Assembly (NCBI GenBank): GCA_001724265.1
Contig: MEDY01000062.1
Span: 1-64,000 of the forward strand
DNA from: Rhizaria sp. SCN 62-66
Taxonomy: Eukaryota
Length of the DNA stretch: 64,000 nucleotides
Direction: 5' to 3'
The position numbers and the translations under genes are program-made. The notes below the pieces were generated by a model. That model did no database searches, was not told where the DNA came from, and worked only from the letters and a program-made list of their open reading frames with translations. Shown in pieces: positions 25,106 through 37,093 of this stretch (positions are counted from its first letter, which is position 1; each line of letters opens with the position of its first letter).

Positions 25106-28100
25106 TCACTGCAACAGCAGCGTTGCCTCAATCTCGACACGAAAGCTGTCGCTGAGAAGGCGACGTTTGAGCTTTTGCAGCAGCCGGGGCGCAACGTCAA
25201 GCGCGTTGCGCGGCACCTCAAAGTAAACTAGGCTTTCTTCTGCGCCAGCCCCCGCGGCCGCGGTCGCTGCAGCAGCCTTAAGCGCCAGGAAGCGCGTGTT
25301 GGCCCACATGGTGGCGACGCGCACGCCGCTGCTGCCGCGTTCTGGGTCAATCAGGTCAAACGCGAAGTCCCCCGCAACGGGCAGTCCGCCACCAAGGTCG
25401 TACTCGACGGCCACGGTGCGCGCGGCGCCCGGCGCAGCGGCCTCGTCAGAGACGCGAACGCGCACGTCAGGGCAACCCGCGTGCCAGCGCCGGGTGTCGA
25501 AGCTCGGCTCCGGTGCGGGACCCGTGGCGTCGACGTCGTGTGCGCGCACGCTGAACGCCACCGGCGGCGGGCGGCGCGCGGGCACGGCGGGCGGGCCGGC
25601 CATCCCGGGCGCCAGCGACGGCGGCGGCGCGACCGGGCCGCCCGCGGCGTCGGAGAAGGACGAGCCCGCGGCGGAGCCACTGTCAGAGTAGAAGCTGGCG
25701 TCCGAGTCCGAAAAGGAGGCAGCTGCGGCAAGTGCTTCGTCGAGCGGGGGCGTCACACACGGCGTGGGCACTGACGCGGGAACGCTGCCGTCGGGCGACT
25801 GCGCCAGCGCAGAGCTGGGCACCGGCGACGCAAGATCGCTGGCGCCGTCCTCCTCCTCCGCAGTGGCGATGGCTGCGGCAGCCGCGGGGCGCCAGGACTG
25901 AGAGTGCGTGTTGAGCGGCGACGTCTCGCTGATGGGCGCGAGCGAGCTGGCGACGGACTGGACGTTGAGCGCGCCGCTGCGCGAGTGCGGCACCGGTGCC
26001 ACAACAGGCGTCGGCGCATCGGCGGTCGAGCGCGAGAGTGAGAGCGGGGGCATGAAGCCTCCGGGCGAGTGCGAGAGCTGCGAGAGCGTGCGGCCGCGGT
26101 CGGAGCGGCCAGCGAGCGATGGCGACTGCGATCCCGACGACGACGCTGACACGTCGCCGCGCGCGGGCGAGAGAGAGCCCCGCGGCAACGATAATACCTG
26201 GGGACTTATGCTCTGGCGGGCACTGCACGTGGCGCGCGGCGACGACAGAGCAACCATCAGTTGCGGCGACTTGGCGGCGACGGAGGCGAGCGAACCCTCG
26301 GTCGCGTAGTGCATCTTGCGAAGACGGCCGTGATGCACATCAACAGCGACGGCAACCGCAGTGGGCAGCGCAACAATCGTGCTGTTCGTAACATCAGGAG
26401 ATCCAGCTTGCGAGTGTGCCCCAACAGTAGACGCAGGCGTGAGCGTGGCCAGAGGGCTGGTCGGCGGTCGGTCCGCGGCGTAGCTGCGCACCTGCGTTGC
26501 TGGCGTCAACACCGAGCTGCGCGCAGGCGTGCCAAGCACAGAGCCAACCTGTGATGCGGCGGCCGGGGCCATGATAGGGCGCGGGGCGGTCACGTCGCCG
26601 ATGTTGAAGGACTGCGACAGCGTGCGCGGCTCCCAGCGCGGCAGCGGTGTGCGCGAGCCACCCAGGATTTGCTTCAGACGCGAGCTGGTCGACGTGGAGA
26701 CGGAGGACGTGGCAGGCGCCTCGGCATCGTACGTGCGTGCCTTGCTCGACACGGTGTCGGCGGGAATGCCACTAAAGCGGATGCGCTTGAGCAACAGAAT
26801 CGGAGCAGGCCGGGCCAAATCAAGCGTGCGCACGACAGACTCACACTCACAGTTGGCGCTGCCAGCGCACGGGCACATTGTTGGGGCGTCGGTGGGCTCC
26901 ACAAAGCTGATCGCACTTGCATCACCGACAGCGGCCATGGCAGCAGCGGCAGCGAGCGGCTTTGCGGCGCACAGAAGCCAATAGGCAGCATACTCGAGAT
27001 AACGGACTTGCGAGGGCAGGAAGGGACTTTCACCGTCGGTTGTGCGCTTCGAAAGTACAATTGCCATCGCGGCCTGAACAGCTGCGCGTGCACCAGCGGC
27101 GCACTGCGCATGTGACAACACGTCACCAGGCGCAGTGCCGCGGGGCAACAGAGGAACAGCGCCACTGGAGATAAGGTACAACGCGGCCAGCACACCAGCG
27201 CGGGCCACACCCTTGCGCGACTGCAGGAAGACCGCGTTTTGAGGGTGCTGCGCAAACCAATCGCGCATGCGTGCGCACGCGCCTAGTAAGTCACCGAGCG
27301 TCGGCACACCGCCACCATCACGCGCGCGCGCAACAGAAATGGACGTTGAGCGGCCCTCGTAGACGGTGTTCCACACCGAGACCGGCAGACCGGGGCGACT
27401 CGAGTTGCCTTGCAGGTGCGGGGGCGCATCAACGCGGAAGACGAGAGCGCGCGCAGGGTGACGCAGGTTCAGCAGCGCAGTGAGTTCATCAAGTCCGTTG
27501 CGTGAGCTTCCCGCGGCGACAGTGCCTTCCATCGGCTCGGCCACAAGCGCCAAACGCGGCGTCACATAGGCAAGATCGAGGTCAAAACCATCGTCACGGT
27601 ACCGACGACGCGCTGCGCTGGCCTTCGAGCCCAGCAGAGAGCGTAGACGGCTACGCATAAAGGCGCCAATGCCGCCCGCGGTTACCGCGCGCGCGGGCGC
27701 GAGCAGACCAACAACACGCGTGCGCACTGAATGTGGCAGCGCAAGCGCGGGCGCGGAGATACTTCGAGCAATGGCCGGCGACGGTGTCTCGAGCGCTGCG
27801 GCTGCGGCTGCAACGCGGCCTTGCGGGGCGGGCGACTGCACAGCCGGTGCCGGTGCAGGAGAGCTGGGGGTCGGCGTCGCAACAGTGGACCGGCGCAGGA
27901 ACGCGGGCATCTCGCCACCGTTGTTAGCGGGGCTCACAGCGGCGCTGGTGTGGGATGAATCAAGCAATGACGACGAAGACGCGGAAAATGCGTGATTGCT
28001 GAGCACAGCCGCGGCGGCGCCAGTGCGGCGCTGTGAGTGCGATTGGATAAACTGCCCGAGCGAGACCGGCAAACGCGGGTCGGGCAGTCCCGGCAGTAAG

Positions 28101-31100
28101 ACAGCAACACAGAGTTCGACTTCAGCAACGGGTTCCCAGGAGCCGCCGGGCAGTGCGCGCCACACAGGGTACCAGGCGGGCCGGTAGGGCGTCGCCAGCG
28201 CCGACAGCGGCAGCGCGGAAACGCCGATAGAGGCATCCGCCGCGGGCTCGCGCAGCAAGTCGTACGCATGCGCAGCACCCGTGCGCGAGGAGGCCTTGGT
28301 GTTCCAGACCTGCGCACGGCTCTCGTCGCCAAAGACGCAGCGCGAGGAGTGCAGCATGAGTTCAACGCGCAGTGCCTGCGTAGTGGGGGCCAGCGGGAAC
28401 AGCGGGTGTGCGTGCGGGCCTGCGTTGTGCGTGCCGGCCTCGCCCGCGCCAACGGGTGACGCGGAGCAGCAGCCCGCAAGACTGTTGAGTTCGCGCCAAG
28501 TGGGCAGACTCACAGTTGCAGCGCTCGCGGTGGAGTCGGCGAGCAAGATCGCGCCCGCGCGCTGCGGCGCCGACAGCGGCGTGACGGGCACGGTGCGCGA
28601 GCCGGGCGTGGTGAGCGGTGTAGGTGGACTCAGAAACGCGCGGCCGTCGACGCAAACGCGCGCAGACACGGTCGCGGTAACCGTGGCAGTGACGTCGCCG
28701 GGCGTGCCCACAGGCCAAGTCAGGTTCAATGGCAGCGACGCCGACGGCAACGCGCGCGCACCACAGAGCTCAACGGCGAGCAGGCGGTCGACTGCGCCGG
28801 TGCACGTAGCGCCCGCAGTGAGCGCGCCAGGCGCGGGCTCGCCGGCCAGCCAGCCCGTCGTGTGCAACATGCCAGCGTCGGCCGACAGGAGCGAAGGCAC
28901 GGACTTGGTCTTAGCGGAGCTCGACGGAGCGGCAGTGACAGCAGTGGAGCCAGCCGCGTCGACAAGGGCGCGCAGGCCGGCGGCGGCGTTGGGCGGACCA
29001 GCAAACGACAACGCGGGCACCGTAACAGCAGCAGCGTTTGCAACATGTCGGCGGCCGAAGCGACGCGCAAGCAATTGCAGCTCCTTGGCAACGCGGTCCG
29101 GCGGTGCAGTGGAGCACAGCGCAACGCGTTCAGTGTGCAAACACTGGGGAAGCGCCCCGCGGGGTGATGCGCTTGCCTTGGGCGTGGGCTCATAATCACT
29201 GCCGCCGTCATCCTCTTCGACGCCGATGCGCGCCACAGCGGACAGTGCGGCGCCGGCAAGTGCAGTCACGGTTGCGTTCGCGGCGGGCAGGTTCAGGTGG
29301 TACAGCGGGGCACAGAGCGGGCAAGGCTCCTCGGCGCCAGAGCTGGAGCGCGCGGCAAGAGCTCGTGCAGACGCGGAGGAAGGCGTTGACACGCTGATCG
29401 ACGGCCGGTTGAAGCTGCTGGAAGATGAAGCAGCGGTGGAGCGAGCCGGGGACGCGGCGACGCTGCGGTTGCTTGCAGGCACAATAGAAGACACCAGAGC
29501 CGGGGCAAGCGTAGGAGCGGGCGCGAGTGCATCAGCCATGGCTTGCGAGGCGATGAAGCGTGAAAAGACGTCGCGCTCGACAAGACGCACGATGGCAGCC
29601 GCGGGCTCGTGGAACACCCAGGGCGCGGCAACGCCGGCCGCGTCCACAGCCCGCTCCGCGGCAACGCGCGTCGGCGCGTCGATGTTAACCTGCCGCGATG
29701 CGCCTTGGCGCACGAACTCGGCGCAGACGCGCTTCGCAGCGGCGTCAACGGCGGCCCATGCAACCGCAGAGGCAGTACTCGACGGCTCACGCGCGCGACG
29801 CGGTGCAGCCAGCAGCGCAAGTGCGGGCGCAGAGCGCAAGTGGCGCATCAGCAGCGGCGCAGTGACGCGGAGCACAGCGCCGCCGGCACCGGGGATGGGC
29901 ACCTCGACGCCCGCCATGAGGGGCGTCGGCGCCGCGCCGGCCGTCGGTGGCAGCCAGCCGACCGGCGGCGCGGGTGGCGCAGGCAGCGAAAACGGGCGGC
30001 TTGAGTCCGCAGCATTCTCAGCAGCGACGGCCGCGTTGTCGACCCAGCGGCGCACGCGGTGGCCGTGCTCAACGAGCGTGGCGGCGGGTGCAGGCGGCGG
30101 ACACGGCATCGTGGTCAGCGCTGAGCGCGGGACTTCGCCCGTCGACAGCGCGGGAAGACCGGGGTTCTGCACAGTCGCAAGCCGAGGCGCGTCGGCTACG
30201 GGAGGCAGCAGCAGGCGCACGGCGGCCGCGGTGTCTGCCGCCGCCATCGCGTCACTGTGCGCCGTCTCCTTGGTGTCAGCCGGAAGGTCGATTGGCGCAG
30301 GGGCCACACCGGCGGGGTAGACCACCGAGAGCGAGACGAGCGCGTCGAGCGCGCGCGCTGCGGTGGCGCGCCAAGAAGACGTTGCTGCGAGGCTGACCGA
30401 CGGCGCGCGCACGCGGGGCGTGGGGGGTGCGGACTCGCCATCTGTCTTTAAATCGACCGCCTCCGCCGCCGTTGTTGCTGCTGCGGCGGCGGGTGAGACA
30501 ACGATGACGGCGGGAGCTGCGACACCAATGGACTGCGCGGCGTCGTGCGCCCAGTCAGCAAGCGCGAGCGCTGTGGCAGCCTCCCAGAAGGCACGCGCGG
30601 CGTCGAGAAACGCCGCTGACTCGGCGCAGTGGCGCGAGGCAAGAAAGCGCAACAACGCGGCACGAGGACGCGGCTGCGACAAAACCCACTGCAACGACGG
30701 CACGGAACCGATGGCGCGCGCACCAGCCGCAGGGGCAGCGCCGGAGGCGACGGCAGCGGCAGACGCGGGCGCGGGGGCCTCGGAAGCGTCAGAGCCGAGT
30801 AGCAGCAGGCGCGCGGGCGCGGTGGCCGGCGCGGTCAGCGCGATGGCGGAGGGTGCTGGAAGCATCGAGACGGAGTCCGTGCCGACTGCGCGTACGAGCG
30901 CGAAGCGCAGCGAGGCAGCTGCCGGCGCGGCAAGCGCAGCGTCAGCTGTGGCGTCGGCGATAGACGGCGAGGCCGTGCTGCTCCGGCGGTGCGAGGGCCG
31001 GCGCGGGCGCAGCGGCGACGCCACGGGGGATCCCCGTCCCGCAGCGGCACCTGCAACAGAGCCGGCAAGAGAGGGCGGCGGCGCATTCGTAGCGACAGAA

Positions 31101-34009
31101 ACCAGCGACGGCGCGGGGCCGCCGAAGGGCGATGCGGTGGAGGACGCCACAGAAGGGGCCGGCGCCGCGGGGAGGGCAGCAGCCGAGGTGTGCGACATTG
31201 CGGTGAGCGCGGGCGACGGCGCTGGCGCAGGCAGCTGCTCGGTGGTTGTACTGGCAACAGACTGCACAAAGGACGGTGCGAGCGAGGGTGCGGGAGCGGC
31301 CGGGCGCGGCGCAGCTGAGCCGGTCTCAGACGCAACCGCGTCCTCCTCAGCGTCGGCGTCGGCGTCGGTCAGAGAGTTCTGGTTTGAGCCAGTGCCGCGA
31401 GAGGAGCGTGCGCGAAGAGACGACACGGGCGCCTGGCCCGCGCCCAGCGTGGCGGAGGGGAACAGCTGGCGCCGCGTCGCGCCAAGGGCGTTGGCCTCGG
31501 ATCTGGGACCCGGAGACCCGGTGCGAGGAGCGGCCGCGGGGCCGGCGACGCTGAAAGCGCGCGGGGGCGACGCTGCTCCAGGAGACGCAACCGTGACAAC
31601 GCCCACTGGAGACATAGGCGCCGCCACAGATGCGGTCGCAACAGCTGTCGCGGTGTGTTCAAGCCACCAGAGCGCGCAGACGCGTTCGTGCACGTTGAGC
31701 CCGGCCGCAGCGCCCGCGCGGACCGCGGCGGCACTTTCCTGCGCAGCGGTGCTGGCGGCCATAGGGACGCGCAGCTCCAATGACGGCACTTCCCCGGCGC
31801 CCGCAGAGGCGCTCGCCGTGGCGGCCAGCGCGGCGGGCACGGGCACCACGAGCTCCTGCGCGGCGTTAAGCTCTACGACCGCAGCGGTGGCGGCGACGTT
31901 AACCGTGGCCGCGCCGGAGGGCCCGCGCGCGCAGGGACTCATCCACAGCCGCAGCGCAGACTCGCGGTGCCGGTAGCGCGCGGAGTGAACCACCGCTGAT
32001 GGCGACGCCTGCTGCATCGCAGCGGACTGCATTTGCGGCTGTGTGATAAAGGCGGAGGGCTGGGGCCGCAGCAGTGCGGGGTCAAGTGATGAGTCGGCCG
32101 CACCCACAGTGGCACCGGCGCTGGCGCTAACGCTTGCGCGGAGTCCGATAGTGCCGTCGTTCTTGTGCTCCGTATCACGGTCACCGGAGAACGCATCGTT
32201 GTTTTTACCGCGAGCTGCTTGAGCCTGTGCGAGTGCAAGCGAAGGCGCATCGAGCGGGGGCGTGGGGGCGCCGGCCAGCGCGAGCGTGACCGAGGCCGAT
32301 AGTGAGGGGGCGGGGGACGCACCAGGCGACGGCGCGCACAGCGCCTGCAGTCCGGGTGTGCCGACCGCGGCGCCGTTGCTGCTGCCAACACCGGGACCCG
32401 CGCCGGTGACGCGCGGGGCGGAGCGCTGCGGGCCCGAGGGCGGCGGCAGCTGCGGCAGCGCCGAGGGAACAAGCGGAGGCACCCGCGAGGGCGGCGGCGG
32501 CGACACCATTTGCGGCTGCGCGCTCGACCGGCCGCCAGCGCCAGCGCCAGCACCAGCGGTGTCCACAACCGCTGAAGTGACGGCGGCGTTGCGGGGCGAT
32601 ACGGGTGCGGCGGAGGCCTGCGTCCACGAGTCTGCGCGGCGGCGCGGGCTCACGGGCGCGGCCAGTGCGCCAGACTGATGCGCCGCACTGGGTTGTTGCG
32701 GGGCGATAACGTGGTGCGCGCGCGGAATAGGTGGGCTCGGGCTGGGGCTCGGCGTCGGTGACAGGGACAACAGCATCTGCGGCTGCGGGGGCCGGCCGGC
32801 GGCGGGCGGCAGCATCAGCGGCGGTGACGGCTCTGGGGACCGCGCGGGCGACCGTGTGAGCACACCCATCGCGGTCTGCGTCTGCGTTGGCGTCGGCACA
32901 GGCGCAGGAGCAAGCGCGGGCGCAAGCGCGGGCGAAGGGACGGCTTTCCGGGCCGCAGCGGAGGGCGGCGACTGCGCGCGCGCAAATGGCGACAGCGCGC
33001 GCGGCGGTGGGCTCAGCGCGCGGCCGCCGGAAACCGCGGGGCTCGAGGCGCGCGCGGGGACCGCGGGCACTGCGGGGCTCTGCGCGCGGGACGGCACCGC
33101 GGGCGCCGCCAGTCTGGGGCTGGCCGGGCGCGAGGGCGACAGAGACCCGGGGCGCGCGGGCACCGGCGGCGACTGCGACTGCGCGCGGTGCGGGCAGCGC
33201 GACCGGCTGCTGTCACCAGCGCGTGTGCCGCTGCCGGCAGGCGACACAGCGCGCGTGGGCGATAGAGCGCGTGCGGGGACGGGCGGCGCGGGGGACTGGG
33301 CGCGCGATGCGAGGGCTGCCACTGGCGCGGGCGCAGGGGACGAGGATTGCGGCCGCGGAGGCACGGGCGGCGACTGGGCGCGCGGGGCCGCGACAGCAGC
33401 AGCAGCAGCACTTGCACTGGCGCTGGCACTGGCGTTGGCGTGAGCGCCAGAAGCGTGCGACTGCGAAGACAAGGAAGATGAGGCTGACGACGACGACGAC
33501 GACGACGGCAGAACAGACGATGATGCCGATACTGATGAAGATGAGGAAAGCGATGAAGATGCAGCGGCAGCAGCAGCGTGCGCAGCAGCCGCGGCGTGGG
33601 CGGTCTGCGCGAACGACCGCGGCGTGACCCCGCCGAGCGACGCGGACCGAGAGCGCGTGCTCCGCGGCGTCACCGCGCCGCCGTCGCCGTGGGGGCTGCG
33701 CAGCGCGCGCGGCGACGGCGCCAGCATCAATGCCGCCGTCGTTGCCGTCGCCAGCGTCATCGCCGCCAGCGTCATCGTTGCCAACGGGGCCAGCGTGTCC
33801 CCGCCGGCGTCGGCGCCTCCGCGTCCACCGGCTGCGGCCGCGGCAGCGCCGGTGTTGGCGCCGGTGTCCGCGTCCAGGTTTGCGTCTAAATCGGCGCTGC
33901 CGCAGCTAGAGGCAGCGTCGTGCAGCTGCAGCAGCGTCGCGCGCGGCGACTGCATTGCGCCCGCAGCTGCGGAGATCACAGCAGGCCCGTGGGAGCCGTT
34001 TCTACCAGC

Positions 34010-34048
<39 letters not shown>

Positions 34049-34456
34049 AGCGCGGCTAGAGTTTGTAAAAGCAAGCGGCAGCGTGGAACCCGGGGTTGCT
34101 GTCATCCGCGCCGCAGCCTCGGACTCAGCCACCAAGGGCGCCTGCGACAACTGCGAGTGAGTGTGCGACTGGGTTGTCGGAGCAGGACGGGTGGGGGCAG
34201 TGAAGCTCGGCGCGCGCGGCAGCACACGCGTAGGACCAGGACCAGGATCAGCAGGGCAAGCAGGAACGCCGAACGGAGCGGCCTTGGTGGTGGCGGTCTG
34301 GGGGCCGGCAGGCGCGGGCGAGGCCGCACTGTCGGCGGGGCGGGCCGGGGAGGGGGCCGCGCGCGTGGGTCCAGTTGGCTGTTGGGGTGCGGGCGAGGCA
34401 GTGGGGCGCGACGGGGCCGCACGGCTAGGGGCTGAGTTCGTAGCGGGCAAGCTCAT
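25106..34456 (-). CDS. Giant protein (3116 aa): Pro/Ser-rich N-terminus, interrupted RGS-like domain, probable C2 domain, PTEN/tensin-like phosphatase domain with degenerate active site, C2-tensin-like C-terminus
   Basis: RGS halves SLQWVL..LLRFLASRHCAESAAF and AEFVRQGASRQVNID..LVERDVFSRFIAS. PTEN-like RRRYRDDGFDLDLAYVTPRL, RNGLDEL and PSQVRYLEY. Ends TGA. Confidence 0.8.
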
Positions 34457-35171
34457 GATGTGAGTGCGGTGATGTGGACGGGGTTAAAACAAACTATAAA
34501 GACAGAAGTCGACTCCGCGGGAGTGACGAGTGCAGGGGGGGAGGGGACAGGGCCACAGAACAACACGGCCAGAAAACAGAGCTACAAATGCAAGAGTCGG
34601 CTATAAATGCAACAATTGGACGTTGAAAATGTTGTCATGAGAAATTACATGGCCATCTATGTACAGTATGAAGTTGCGTTGCGCTGCAGCCTGCATTTGT
34701 AATGACGAGCAATGGATAAGACACGTCACTCCCTGGATTAATTGTGTCGGTCAGTGCAGCATGACAGCAAGAGTGTCAGGCAATATAATTACTGGTTCAC
34801 ACATTGTATATTGCATAAAGGCAGCGCATTCCAACGTATGCACACTTGACGCTAGAATTGCGGCAGTTGAGCTAATTCTAAAAGTTTGACAAGACGCGTG
34901 CCTCAGTGGGCCAGCGGCCACCCCAAATCGGTCGTTTGACTGGGGCTGACCTTCTGTGCCATATGTGCCGTACCCAGTCGTCGACAAGTGCCGTTTCTGG
35001 ACAACATGATAAGAATACGGAATATTATTTATGATTTGAAATTTTTATTGTCTCATATCGTGTTAAACCCTACCATTCACCTATCTAAACCCAGCCCTCC
35101 CTTCAGTCCAGCCTCAACAGCTAAGCCCACTCCGTTTCCCGTCGCCAGCGCCCGCTAGCCACCTCTGGAGG

Positions 35172-35690
35172 ATGAGCGTCTGGGCCCGCAACGCTGTCGC
35201 AAAGGGTACGTTTGACGACAAGCGTGACGCAGAGCTCGCGCAGGCGTGTGCGCGCGGCAACGCCCGTCTGTTCAACGAACTGGTCCGCATCTACCACCGT
35301 GATAACCGCTACTTGCGACCGGACCTACCCAAGCTCGCCACGCCCTACCCCGAGGTGCGCGCAAACCGGCGCCGCAGCCACGCGCCGAATGTTGTGCAGA
35401 CCTCGGAGCGCGCGCGCCGCTTTGGGCTCCGCACCAGCGCGATGATTGACAGCCAACGCCTCACGGCGCGACTCACGCCTGCTTCAGACACCACGCCTGG
35501 ACAGAGCGGGAACGCCAACAGCGGCCGCGGCGTCGCGCCGGACTATGGCAGCGGGCAGACCACGGTCCAGCAGCATCGGCAGCGTGGGACGCGTGCGCGC
35601 CCTGCGCATCAGGCTCAGGTCAGTACGCCGTATTCTGATGAGACGACAGCTCGTTTGGCTGCACTGGGCATCCCGACAGATATCGTCTAA
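35172..35690 (+). CDS. Hypothetical protein (172 aa)
   Basis: ATG..TAA ORF coinciding with a GC-rich island between AT-rich spacers; no recognisable domain. Confidence 0.65.
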   Translation: MSVWARNAVAKGTFDDKRDAELAQACARGNARLFNELVRIYHRDNRYLRPDLPKLATPYPEVRANRRRSHAPNVVQTSERARRFGLRTSAMIDSQRLTARLTPASDTTPGQSGNANSGRGVAPDYGSGQTTVQQHRQRGTRARPAHQAQVSTPYSDETTARLAALGIPTDIV

Positions 35691-36016
35691 TCGTCGGAAC
35701 TCATGCGTCGGCACATGCCGCGCCATCGTTAAATTAGCATTGAAAATATACTTAGCCTCCATATTCAAGTGATTTAATACACATATATGTTACAATATCG
35801 TATTTCTACCTCGGCAAAGACCCACTTTTGTATTCCAGCAGGACAGGCCGACGTGTCGTACAGCTTGCAACTTGAAAAATAATTGGTCACAAGAAAAGTA
35901 TAAAATATATATTCGCTGTCCGCCAGTAGACCTTGCAGCTTACCGTGTAGTGTATTTAACTTTGTTAACTATAGTTTCTTTTTCACGCAGGCAGCGATGC
36001 ACGTTGCGACCGTCGG

Positions 36017-37061
36017 ATGTCAAAATTGCAAGACCAACTGAACCCTCTTGATTCTCGACACACGCAAACCCCAACAAATGTACGTAAAACCATGATAGTC
36101 CCAAAAATACACCCATGAAATGATACTGGTGCGCGTCGATATAAATATGCATCCTGGACCCGTCACTCACTTGAACAGTTTGCCTTCCCGTGTTTGTCAT
36201 AGTAGACGAGCCGCAACCGGAGGCCTCGCCGCTCCAACCCCAAGCCCGAGCCGGGCGAGCTCCTGTCGCCGGCTGCCGCACAGCACCAGCCTAAGCGCAG
36301 CCGCAAACGCGCCGACTCACGAGCTCCATTGCACGCGCCGTCCCACTTTATGTCGGAAAACCGCGCAGGAACGCACAACGCCCCGGCTCCACGCACCCGT
36401 GACCGCGACCGCAACCGGTTGACGCACTCGCGTGCTTCCAGGCCCGCCACAGCCAAAACCGCTGTCCACAGCAGCACAAGACGCCACGTTGGTGCTGCCA
36501 GCGCAGACACTGATGACGACGAGGACGCATGCACGACCCTGGGTCGGGTGTTAAGTGAGCAGCCGTTGCAGCTGTCGCAAGAGAACAGCGATAACGCGTA
36601 TGAGAGCTCTCGGCAACCCGCCGCCCCTGCACGGCTACGCCCGCTCCCACTGGCGACTTGCGCCAACAACAGCACCAGCAATGCTGGTGGCGACTCGCCG
36701 ACGGGCATCGCCGTCGCGCGCGCGATCTCGACTGGCGGCACCGACCGCGAGCGGGGGACCAACTCTGACTCTGACTCGGACTCGGACTCGGTCACCGCGG
36801 CTTTCTTTGCCCCGTCGCGCGGCTCGGTGTTTGACTCTGACGCCGCAGACGAAGCGGCGATGCCGCTGGCGGTGCTGCGACTGCGGCCGGCGGCGGCGGC
36901 GAGCGCACGGTGGACCGCGCCCTTCAGCCCGATACGCTCGCCTCCGCAGCTCTCCGGCCTCGCGCACAGCCACAGCTACACGCACGGCACACACGGCAAC
37001 AGCAGTCACGGTCAGACGCACAGTCACAGTCGCGCGCACTCGGCCGCGCGGCCAGCCCGCA

Positions 37062-37093
<32 letters not shown>

